This document shows positions 16,101-28,100 of a stretch of 34,875 nt of DNA, piece after piece. A program made the position numbers and the translations under genes. Numbering within the stretch: position 1 is the first letter of the stretch; each line of letters starts with the position of its first letter. The notes below the pieces were generated by a model. The model had not been told where the DNA came from. It saw only the letters and a list, made by a program, of their open reading frames with translations, and ran no database searches. This DNA comes from Catajapyx aquilonaris (taxonomy: Eukaryota), in assembly GCA_000934665.2 (NCBI GenBank), contig KZ539056.1, forward strand, positions 1 through 34,875. Direction: 5' to 3'.

Positions 16101-19100
16101 TTCACAACTTTAAAGGAACTATCGCTTTCAATTCCAGCAGACCAATCATACGAGCAATGAAAGAATAAAACAATGCAGTAAGTAAAATAAATACCAACCT
16201 GCACACCACTGTCCTGCAAGTTGGCTCCAGTGAGTCGCAGTTCCTTAAGGGAAAACTGACACTGAAGAGCCTTGAATACGGCCTTACAATGAGTAGGCCC
16301 CAGAGGGAAATTGCTAAGGTCCAAACAATTGGTTGACTGGCAGGATAGCTGGACTGACATGACATCAGAATATGGTACTGGTTAAGCAAAAAAATTAAAT
16401 CAGAATGGTACAAAAACTATTGGCAAGGTTTATGTATTAAAGAAACAGATCAGTCATACCAAACTTGAGTTCTTTGCATGCATCTGCATATCTGTCTGGC
16501 AAGGGTGAAACCTCCCAATTGAGAATGGTACCCTTCACTTCCTCATTTGTGTTCAGCACCATGAACACTTGGTCTGAATCCTCTAAGGCGGCTCCATCGG
16601 AAGTTTCCAGTTTCAGGTGAGGCTTCAAGCCATTTCTCTTACAATAACGCCTGGATGCCTCCTCAGCAAGCCAGCCAATAGTTCTGGGTTCCAGGCTAGA
16701 CTCAACAGGAATCAGTAACGTCTCATCCAATATCTTAACTCGAACCTTTAGAACGCTCTGAAATGTACTCTGCAATATTTTCGTCAATAGGAAATAGCCT
16801 ATTAAAATCGTGTTAATTCATTCAGATATCAATTACATTCATTGCAGCTCACTTCCCTGTGTAAATTACAACCATTACAACACTGCTTGAAATGTACTCT
16901 AAAAATTGTTTTCAACATCATTTAAAAAATGTAACAATCCAATACTTCTGACTGACAGAACACATGCTTGAATGATTTCTTTCGATTAATCCTTTTTATT
17001 AATACTGCTCCTTTTTTGATGTGGAAACTAACCTGCACTGGTGGTTGTGTTAGAGATGCATCAGATATAAAAGATGGTATAGGAAATTCATATTCATCAA
17101 CAGGTACAGCACAGTTTTCCTCTGGAATATCAGGTAGTGTAGCATTCACCCTCTAATGGTAAATAGGAGAATAATCAGCAACCAGCTAAAACAATGCAAC
17201 ATTTAGTTACTCACGACTGGTGTCAATCTTCGTTGGCACTCCAGATCTAACAGGTCGTTGAAGGAATCTGCATTATTTTGCTCATTATTTGTCAGCAGCA
17301 ATGCATCCTGGTAAGTTTCCTCATTACATTGATTCATACTGGTGAATGAATTTGTTTTTGGCCTAGTGTGAGTCTCTAGAGGTTCTGAGCTTCGAGTGCC
17401 ATGAGTTGAAAACATTCCACATGGATCAACCCTCCGACGCTTGCTTGGTCTTGACTGATCTCCAAGGTCATCTATCAGCCAGGTATCACCAGCATCTTTT
17501 TCTCCATCAATCAGAGCTGACTTCAGCTTTGCAGGTTGGCTTTTCTGAAAGAGGACGTTGGCCTACTTTAGTTTTACCAGTGGCCACCTCTACCTGACAT
17601 AAAGAGCAGATATAACAATAACTTATTTATCGTGACATTTCCCAATAAGGGGTAGTCAGAGATGAAAAGACAGATACAAGTTAACTAGAATAAAGTAACA
17701 CAAAACAACAACATACAACAGAAACCATCATGGTATCCCTTAAAAAGGGTGCTCAGTGATGCAAGATATAAAAAATCATATGACAAAATAGAAATAGTAC
17801 AAAAGCAATCTGGAAAATCCCCAACTATCAATATCACAAGAACCTGATCTCAGCATGTACTGTGGCGCACCCTACCAGGAAGCACTTGACATGACATGAC
17901 ATCTTGTAGGCCTGACTTGTTTCATCTTGCAAAACTACTTTACCCAACAACTTAACAACACCCCTCATAACCCGTCATTCATCTTTACAGGCCTGCGATG
18001 GCCCCACCCTAAATTAACGTATGCCACCTATACGTATATAAACAAACAACCTTAGTCCTTAGGCTCAGCCAGGCCCATGGTCCTCTTGGCACATGCATGC
18101 TGAGGCTTGACACTAACAACACCCTTAAGAAGGGCAATCCAATACTGAGCAGACTCAGGTTGTGACAAGGGGGTAACCACTCCCCAAAAAAGTGTACACC
18201 AGTTCCTGGAACCAGGTGGTTCCACCCAGTTCCAAGCTGGTTCCAGGCCGGTTACACAGGGACCCTGTACACCAGTTTCACGAAGTGGTTGCCCCCTCAG
18301 GTTGTGAGCATGTGGATCAGATTTTTTAGTGGATGCATGAAAACAAAGATTTGGCAGTGCCTCAACCAGTCATGCACTTGGATAACCCTTGGATGACTTT
18401 CCAAAGATACTGTATGTGAGTCAGTATGGTTATGTGTCACATATCCTTACCATGGCATGACCTGTAGCAGCACTTCCCTTCCTTCTAAGATCCTTCATGA
18501 CCTGCTGGTAATCCTTTCTGGCAGCCACAGGATCACTAATGTCACTTACTTCCACTTGATAGTTCCTCATGGCTGGATGCAATTCGTCATCGTCATTCTC
18601 ACTAATATGTTCTTCCTCCTCATGCCTCAAAGGGCTACTGGTAACATCCACCATCCGCCTGCTGCTCAGCTGTGAAAAGCACAATTAAAAGTCCTACAAT
18701 ATTGTGTGATAAACAAAAACTATTAATATAGAAGACTGAATGAGGAATTTCCTTTTGAGTCCTAGTCAACTAACTACGAAAATAATTGCCCGCAGTTTCT
18801 GTTGTCACTCCAACCAAATGCCAGAATAATTCCTACCGGACCTGAGGCTGAGGAACAATTCAAAAAAATGACACTCAATTATTCCCCAAGAAATTCTTTC
18901 TGACATAACACTCGAACTGCAAGTTTTACAATTGCATTTCAAAAATCCACACTCATCAATGTCCCCATATCACATCACTGACATCAAATGTTGCTTTCAT
19001 GCTACAAGCCAAGCAGCCTGCAAGAAACGTCTGGGAACCAAATCCATCACAGACTTAACAGACATCCAGACTTCAACATTCTCATGGTGAAAGTCCATGA

Positions 19101-22100
19101 AAAGTCTCACTGGACTTCCATAAATCCAAAGTCCATCATACAATGAAACATAATTGGCTTGCTCTTGGGTAGGGGCACCAGGTTAGCCCATTTTACTACT
19201 TTTGTTACCATGTGCAATCCCAGGTATTGCAGTTTAATGGACCTCTGGACATATGAGTAAAGTCACACATGTGTGACGTTTACTTACAACCAAAGTAACT
19301 CTTCTTACCTGCCTGAATTTTGAAAATTTTTGGATTTTCTCATTCTGCTTGGCCTACAGTGTTGAGAAAACATCACCTCCGCTGCTAATTTCCACATTAG
19401 CAGGGTGAAAATACAGCCAAAATGAAATGTTCCAAAGCCACAACACCCGCATCTGGTCGTGAGTCGCCAGTCCCAGCTGCCCGGTCGCGAAGGAGAAGGG
19501 TCATCTCGCACGCTTTGAAGTCGAAAGCGATTATAATAATGGAGAGCCAGGACTCCAAGGCTCTCCATTATTATAATCGCCTTCAACTTCAAAGCGTACG
19601 AGATGACCCTTCTCCTTCGCGGCACCAGAGAGCGCTACAGACGCGGTGAAAGGCGACCGCGACCGTGCAGCCGGGACCGGCGACTCGCGACCGGACGCAA
19701 GTGTTGTGACTTCGGAACATCGCCTTTTGGCTGTATTTTCACCCTGCTAACAGTGAAATTAGCAGTGGATGTGATGTTTTCTCAACACTACAGGCCAAGC
19801 AGAATTAGAAAATACAAAAATTTTCAAAATTCAGGAGGGTAAGAAGAGTTACTTTGGTTGTTAAATGTATTTTTTTGCCTCATTCTTACTCTGACCCTAA
19901 GTTAACACATAAATAACATTTGTCAGGGGAGGTGTAGATGGCCGAGACGGTAACGTCTCGGTTGCTGAGTTAAAGGCCCCAGGTTCGATCCCCACCTGGG
20001 GAGTTTTCCTTTCACCTGCGTCAGGAGGGTCTCTGACCTGCACCTTGGAGGTGTCTGGCAAACTAACCTCCTGGGGAACAGCACATGACCCCTTTATAGA
20101 CCTTGCACTTGCACCTATGTTCCCTTCCCAAAAATCCGTACTCCTACCCTACATCCTTGACTCCTTGCACCAGAGATTGAAGTTAAAAATCTAGAAAAAT
20201 TGAGTGAAATGGTGGTATTCCACCCCCCTAAAATGGCTGGCTGCCTTATCACGGGGTAACGTAAAAAAAAACAACAACACACATTTGTCTTGTGCATTAT
20301 AGCCACAGCTGCTATTGCACCAAAACAAGCCCAATCAATCAATTCATACTTTTTACAATCAAAATGTTCTATAATCTCCTCGAGTGGAATTAACATATTT
20401 TCATTCACTGGTTAATGTAAAATAGAACTTACCATGTTTTTATTTAGTGAGGTGGAACTTCTTCTGTCACCATCAGTACCTCTCTGCTCCTCGATTGTGT
20501 TACGTAGGTAATTTCTACTGCTACTCTGGATGCTGGAAATATCATCTGTTAGCCTGATATGGCTAGTACTTCTACACTCATTATCACTGCTGTCACTCCC
20601 AGTCAGACTCTGAGGCATCCGATCAGATCCTGACCGGCGATGACCTGGGTTGATGTCCCTGCCAGCTTTCAGAATGATGCAAAGAGAACATGTTACAAAT
20701 TTTTAATCAGACATGTTCAAGGCTTCTAACACTGTAACAATGAAATCATTTCAACAAAATAAAGCCTAAATGTATTTCTTCATAGAAATGCCACATTTCA
20801 AGTCAGCTTACCTTTCTTTGCAATTCCTTTTAGGCGTGCTTCCAGTGCAATGCAAACATTCCTGATCTCAGAATCCATGTCATCACCAATCCTTTCTCGC
20901 CACATAATCAGTGAATCAAGAGGGGTGGTTCCCTGTCATGGAAAGATTTCAGCTTCAAAGGTATTATAAATGTACTGCAATGATTACAAGTAATATTAGT
21001 GCGATATAGTTGAAAGCTGTCTCTCTTGAACCATTGCAGTTGCAGTTGAAAATGTAAGAAGCAACCAAGTTACCCAGTGGGTGAAGCACCTGTGGTGTGG
21101 TAACTAGGGCCCTAAGAGACACATTCTTTTCGCATGTATCTAACAACTCACATCATTTGTAGCAACAAGAGCAGACGCTCCTTTATCAAGAAGAAACTGG
21201 ACAATCTCTAGATGCCCGTTGGAAGCAGCATCATGCAAAGGCGTGACCCCATCACACTTGTCTCCTCCACGATCATTGATAGATGCGCCATTTTCAAGCA
21301 AAACTTCAACAATCTCCAAATAGCCATTGTTGCAAGCCTCATGGAGTGGAATCCAACCACAGAAATCACGAGGGTTCACAGGATGACCCTGAAAAAATTA
21401 CAACGTACAGGATCTACCACTTAGCCATATGAGACAGAATGATCATTGTCTGTTGCATTTAAAAAATCAGTGAATCACCACCTAATATAGTTCCCTGCTT
21501 GACATATTTCATGCACACAAATATGGAAGGCTATTTTGGAACTTAAACCTTGGTTATAAAAATGAGGACTGTTTCCTTTTCTAACAAAATTGAAATGACA
21601 CACAGTGTGTGTGCGCGAGTCAGGGTTGGCATGATTATAATCATTGATTATAATCATGATTATAATCAACTGATTTATAATGAAAAATCTTGATTATAAT
21701 CACTAATAATAATAACAATAATAATAACAATAACAACAACAACAATAATAACAATAATTTAAAGAAGTTAAAAGAAGAAAAAAATATCCTACCATAGAAC
21801 CATAGTACCATGTACAGTCAATCCTCGTTTAACATCGGGGATAGCCGGATAGGTTCGTGACTTCGTGTAAAGTGAAACATTATTACATTAATCATTTAAT
21901 CCTATGGGAATTGGGAAATAGGGGGATAGGTTCCTGGGGGACCAGGTTCGTCATACATTTATCCTACCAATAATCACAAACTCACCAGTCAAAAAGTTAA
22001 AACTTAAAACTCTTGACTCTTGAGTTTTGACTTATTGTATATGTGTAGTAAAATACAGTTTAATTATCATAATCAGTACATGAGAACATGACAGAGCCAC

Positions 22101-25100
22101 AGAGGTAGTACATCAGGCACTGCTTTCTGCGTAATACAGATACAGTAGCGTACAATAATACTGTAAGTGTACCCGGCCTTACAGGTATGTACACACGTGC
22201 ACTACTGAATAGTGTAGTCGGCTAGTCGCTCCCAAGTAAGCTGAATCCGTGTTAAACGAGGATTTACTGTATATTGTATCATGCACTTTCCTTGGAATGT
22301 AACATGTTTGACAATATTGACATACATTTCTTGATTTTCTTCAAATAGCAGGTGGGGTTTTTATCAGGAAAATGAAATAAAGTGCTGTACTACAAATAAT
22401 ATTATTATATTAAAATAATCTGATTATAATCAAAATAATCCTATTATAATCAAAATAATCCGATTATTGGATTATTTTAAAATAATCATTGATTATTGCC
22501 AACCCTGGCGCGAGTACTTGTTCAGAAAAACATCTCCAATATGGAAGGCAGTAAATCTAGACAGAAATGATAACACTATGCAACATGAAATTTGTCAATG
22601 GAAATTCATCGTCATATTCGTGTTCTTTAGGTCACAAGTAACTCATAATGGGCCTTCATTTTGTCTTTGACCTCGGGGCAGTCAAGAAACCAAAGTCCTC
22701 AAATACAGGGTGTTTCCGAGCTAACTTTACAAACTTATAGGTGTAATAGAGGGGACCAAGACAAACATATTTCACATAGGAACCCGTGTCCGGAAACGCC
22801 ATCTAGAGGGGGTTCATAAACGAGGAACGGGTGCGATCACACGCGTCAGGCGGGCGGCATTAGCGAGCGGACCGTTTTGTTGCCAGGTGGCGCACGGATT
22901 GTACACAACTCAGCAATTCGCCATGACATGGCAACAACAGCAGAGTTGTTGTTTATTATCTGCGTGCTACCTAGCATGCTGACTTTAGTTGTTAGGTGGC
23001 TCTGTTGTTGCCAGGTTATTGCCAATTGCGAAGTTGTGTACAATCCGCGCGCCACATAGCAACTAAACGGTTAGCGCGCTGACGCCGTCCACCTGATGCG
23101 TCTGAGCACACCCGTTCCTCGTCTATGAACCCCCTCTAGATGGTGTTTCCGGACACGGGTTCCTATGTGAAATATGTTTGTCTTGGTCCCCTCTATTACC
23201 CCTAGAAGTTTGTAAAGTTAGCCCGGAAACACCCTGTATAGCATGATTTTCCCAATCAAGCGGGTCTAAATGTTGCTAGACCATCTAGGATTTTTCTGAA
23301 TATAATCACAGCTGCACACACCTATGCTGTGACACTGCATATCAAGTTGCCAAATTGCGAAATACCGTGGGGAGGGAAAAAATAGTGAAATTTTGAAAAT
23401 GGGACCTTTTTTGGATAATTTTTTCCGGTTATTGCAAGTGGTCAAAACCCCATCAACATTTTCATCAAATGAAAGAGAAATGTGAGTGGAATGCGCCTAT
23501 GGAATTTGTTTTTCTGAAAAATGCACTCAGAAAAACATGTGCGGCATTCCATCGGTCACATGCTCAGTAACATGTCCAAGTGTTTAGACCAGCGGTTCCC
23601 AAAGTGTGGGGCGTGAGACAATTTCTGGTGGGGCGAGGAAGTTTTTGAAATTTGAAAATTTTGCATTATAACTATGAAGACCTGAACCGAAGCAGGTTGG
23701 CATAATGGATAAGGCATCCGACTGCTAATCGGGAGGTCCTGGGTTCGAATCCCGGGGCCGGCAACTCTGACCGTGGTTTTCTGTGGCTTCCAGGGAAATT
23801 CTGGAGTTGCTTCCGTAATTAATAGGCCATAGCCACTTCCTTCCGTCCCTATCCTATCCCAAAGAGCGCAGTAAAATGAAAAGCAAAGAGTCCCAGACAA
23901 AACAAACTTCCCCCTAAAGAGCCGATAGCTGATAACAGGGTATGAATTATTATTATTAATATTAACCGCTGGTTTAGACCCCACAAATTGGTGACGTATT
24001 TGTGTAAGAGCAGCCATATTTGGTGATAGGAGTTGTCACCTGTACAAGATTAAATATGTTCAGTTTCAATCCTTGGTCATGCATGGCTGACGAGAAAATA
24101 ATAAATACGTTTGCCGAATTACCATTAATTTTAATGGAGGCAAATTCTTGGACTTGTGACTGATGAAATGCCACACATGTTTTTCTGAGTGCATTTTTCA
24201 GAAAAACAAATTCCATAGGCGCATTCCACTCACGTTTCTCTTTCATTTGATGTATATGTTGATTGGGTTTTGACCACTTCCAATAACCGAAAAAATATAT
24301 ATATCCAAAAAAGGCCCCATTTTCAAAATGTCTCGATTTTTTCCCTCCGGGCCACGGTATTTCGCAATTTGGCTGAAACTTGATATGCAGTGTTACGGCA
24401 TAGGTGTGTACAGCTGTGATAATTTTCAGAAAGATCCGAGTTGGTCTAGCAACATTTAGGCCCGCTTGATTGGGAAAAAACTGCTACATTTGAGGACTTT
24501 GGTTTTTTGACTGCCCGAGGTCAAAAACAAATCAAAGACAAAATGAAGCCCCATTATCAGTTACTTGTGACCTAAGGAACACGAATATGACAATGAATTT
24601 CCATGGACAAAAAAAGTCAAATTTTGTTGCTTACAGTTAGTGTAAAGGCCCATTCACACAGGCCGTCGCCGGTTTTGGTTTTTGGTCTCGTCAACGCCGC
24701 GGACCAATCAGAACGGGCCCTCACTTAAACAACGCGTCATGGTTACCGTGAGGGCCCGCTCTGATTGGTCCAAAACCAAACCAAAACCAAAACCGTCGAC
24801 AGCCTGTGTGAATGGGCCTTAATGCAACATCAACAACATGGCAGTGCCCAGTAGGTGAACACAACCAGTGCTTTGAGCAGTTTTGAACATCTGCTACCAA
24901 TGGTAGGTTTAAAATTAGTTATTACAAGTTACCAGCTCCAAAAACACCTGATAATTCCTGAATTTATGGCATTTTGCAGCTCAAGTAAATACAAGTATAA
25001 TAATCAATAAATCAATAAAATCCCAATAGGGACTGGGATATGAATATGAACATGTATACCAACATTCAATTTATAAACTAATTTTTCACCTGCTGTAGGA

Positions 25101-28100
25101 GCCTTTTAACTTGTTTGGTGTTGCCTTTGATGCAGGCAACATGCAATGGGGTCTCTCCCTTTTCATTGCACCGTTTTCCTATATTCTTGCTCCGTCTCTT
25201 CCTGGCAGTTGCCCTGCCCTCTAATCCTCCCTCCTCTTCACTATCTGTCTGGTCTGTAATATAGCCATAAAAAGCAAAGTGAATCCATAACCCTCTGTAA
25301 TTCTAACCTGTGACATCTTGAAGGTCTATTGACCCTGCAATGCTTCCTGAATCATGATCTTCAGATTCTTGTGAATCACACTCTTGCTCTTCCAGTCTTT
25401 TAAGAGCAGCTATAGCTTCCCCTGAAATGGAGATATACATTGTGTGACAAAGAAGAATAAGGTGGGAAAACAGTGGTAGTGAAATCTGTAATTTATATAC
25501 AGTAATTATAACTAACAATCTTTAATGGAATGAAATGACATCGTTTTGTCACTGGACACAAACGTGATATCAAGCAAAGCATCACTCACTGGTTTCCTTT
25601 ATGTTTCCAGCTTGCTTCTGAGCATCCCTGATGTAGATCCATGCCTGCTTCTGCAAATTGATATTCCTAGCATCTTCAGCAAAGGCAAGAGCTTTATAAG
25701 CCATAGTTGCAATGCTTCCAGGGTCCATCTTTGCAAGTTCCATGCATGACATAATGCTTAAGGTAGTGGCACAACTCTCCTTTGAGTTTCCCACATTAAA
25801 GCCAAGTTCCTTCTCATAGTATGCAATTGCCTCTTCATATTGGCAATCATCCTTGTAAGTCTCAGCAAGGGACACATAGATAGGACTTAGGCTGGAACCA
25901 ATCTTTCCACTTGCCTGTGCATTCTGAAAATGGAGCATTGTAAAATCTCACAAAATGTGTCGAGTTTCTGTCAAGCATCTATTTCCTGTAAAGTATCTCT
26001 ACCAGTTCAAAAACTCCTTGGCTATACAATATACATATTCTATTACCTATTAGTAATAGTATTATTAGTTATGGGTGCAGTATCATGAAAGGTGAGCACT
26101 TCCGTCAGATCTGTATAGTTTGAGGTACCGTATTCGAAGGTGAAACTGCCTTAGTTGATTTTGTCAATTTGGGCTCCATGTTGTAAATCATCACGTTTGA
26201 AATTTCATGGTGTCATGTGTGTCCTTACTCCCTCCCATCCAAGTATTCAAACAACACAGGTAAATAGCACCATGGAATTTCAAATGTGATTATCTCCATA
26301 ATGGAGCCCAAATCGACAAAATTAACCAACTTTCCTTAGACTATTTCAAGAAACCTAGATCTGAAAGGCAGCACATACCTGTCATACCAACCCATATGTT
26401 TTCAATTCTTTGGTTTGTTGCCATGCAATGAATAGAACAAGAATATTTGCAGAGTTAGCACTGAAGCTGCGTTTACATGTGAGTGACTTGACGAGCGAAG
26501 TCTTCACCGAGTGGTAACATCGCTGAGTAACCCGAGTAGCCAGTATTGTTTGAGGGGATTGATTGTTACTTTAACCTCAAACAATATTGGTGACTCAGGT
26601 TACTCCACGATGTTACCACTCAGTGAAGACTTCACTCGTCAAATCGCTCACATGTAAACGCAGCTTGGGACAAGTCTAATAAAGAAGTGACCAGAACATA
26701 AGTGCCTGATTCAGAAAATTAGTTTAATAAAACGTTGCAAGTGGATGACCTGGTTAGTCTCTTTGAACAGATGTTCTTTGGTCATTTTAGGAGGGTTTAG
26801 TTGAAAAAAATGGTGGTAATAGTTGTTTTTGAAGTGTCCACTGTGAGAGAGAACTCACACTGGGCTCTAGACAGCAGTGCTTACTATCCGATCATCCTAT
26901 TTAAACTGACACCCCAAAAACTGGCATCATGCCCACCTCTCAGCCAATCAAAAGTGGGACTTGCATGTTCCCATAATACGAGTAAGTCAACAAAATGCAA
27001 CAAAATGCATTTTAAAATGATACACATTACTGTTACACTCCTTTTTGGACACAAAGTGGACAAAGGTAGGGGGAAGCCCTCTATAATTATGATGAAATTG
27101 GCAAGTCAAGAGCTGTTATAGTATTTGTTTTTGCAATTTTTTATGGATTGAAATTTTCGCTGACTTTGAAATGATTTTGCATGCTCCTTTTTGTTGTTGT
27201 ATGAAATGTGATTGTTTAAAAAATGACTGAGTAATAAAGAAAAACCAAAGCTGCATTACTTTTTGGTGGGGAGTGTGGATTTTACCCAGAATAAATATCA
27301 CTGTAATAAGATCTACCACCTGTCCAAAGGGGGTTGATTTAAATCCACAGGGAAGCATGTGAAAGGGCAATTAAATGAGAGATCTGGTCATTCCAACATT
27401 CAGACACAAGCGTCCCAAATGCATAATACGTACTCGTAATTTCTCATGGTGCCACTATATTTCACTTTTTCCCTACCTCCAGCATTTTATGGTAATACTC
27501 CACAGCCTGGGAAAAGTTCCTCACATAAGAGCAGGCATCACCCATCTTCTCGTACAGCTTCATGAGCTGCTCATGGTCATTCTCAGCTGCATTGAGAATA
27601 TCTCCTTCAGTCCTTGTCAGTCTCACAGCCACTCTCAAGTACTCCTCAATTCTATCTTGGTCTTCTTCCACAGATGATTTTAACTTATATGCCTTGTGCA
27701 AAGCTCTACGTGCTGCTCCAAAGTCAGACAACATGAAAAATATCTGGAAATAAAAATATGAAACCAACAATAATAAATAGAAAAACCTCAACAGATCATA
27801 CCTCAGCTTTCATTTGAAGATCTTCGCACTGAGTGGATTTATTACCCAACTTCCGAGACACACTCAGTGCCAACTCAGCATTTCTAACAGCTTCACTGTA
27901 CTTCTTCTGCTGGCGGAAAATTGATGCCAACGAATAGTGACATCGGTGTAGGTCTTCCAGCAAGTCATTGTTCTTAGATATGTAAGTTGCCTGACAAAAT
28001 TTGCAAATTAGTGTGGTGTAAGTTCCCCAACAATTAAAATTCATTAGTAGGTTATTTAACAAGTATTTGCTGAAAGCATCTTAAATTTACATGACTCAGG

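Larger units (their letters stand above)
22574..24642. mobile_element. Long-TIR element with CAC...GTG termini and TAA TSD (Chapaev3/CMC-like), host of nested elements
   Basis: The left arm 22574-23560 (minus the nested MITE) is the reverse complement of the right arm 24155-24642 over about 450 bp. Termini CACTATGCAACA / TGTTGC(TTACAGT)TAGTG; TAA at 22571-22573 and 24643-24645. Superfamily inferred from the CAC terminus and TWA TSD. Confidence 0.82.

Noticed and set aside
17545..17593. Upstream acceptor at 17594-17596 for TONSL exon 14
   Set aside because: Gives the wrong frame and stop codons; the acceptor at 17545-17547 restores the conserved ALI...WLIDD frame.
19305..19842. Mirror-image ORFs on both strands with similar peptides
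   Set aside because: Artefact of the palindromic MITE; no recognisable domain.
21630..21760. CRISPR-like repeated GATTATAATC units
   Set aside because: Eukaryotic context with no unique spacers; these are hAT subterminal repeats plus a microsatellite.
23686..23765. tRNA gene (Ser-GCT-like loop CTGCTAA, A/B boxes); also 8928-9005 and 19926-20000
   Set aside because: No proper acceptor stem or long Ser variable arm. Each runs into a shared body and simple-repeat tail, so these are SINE heads.
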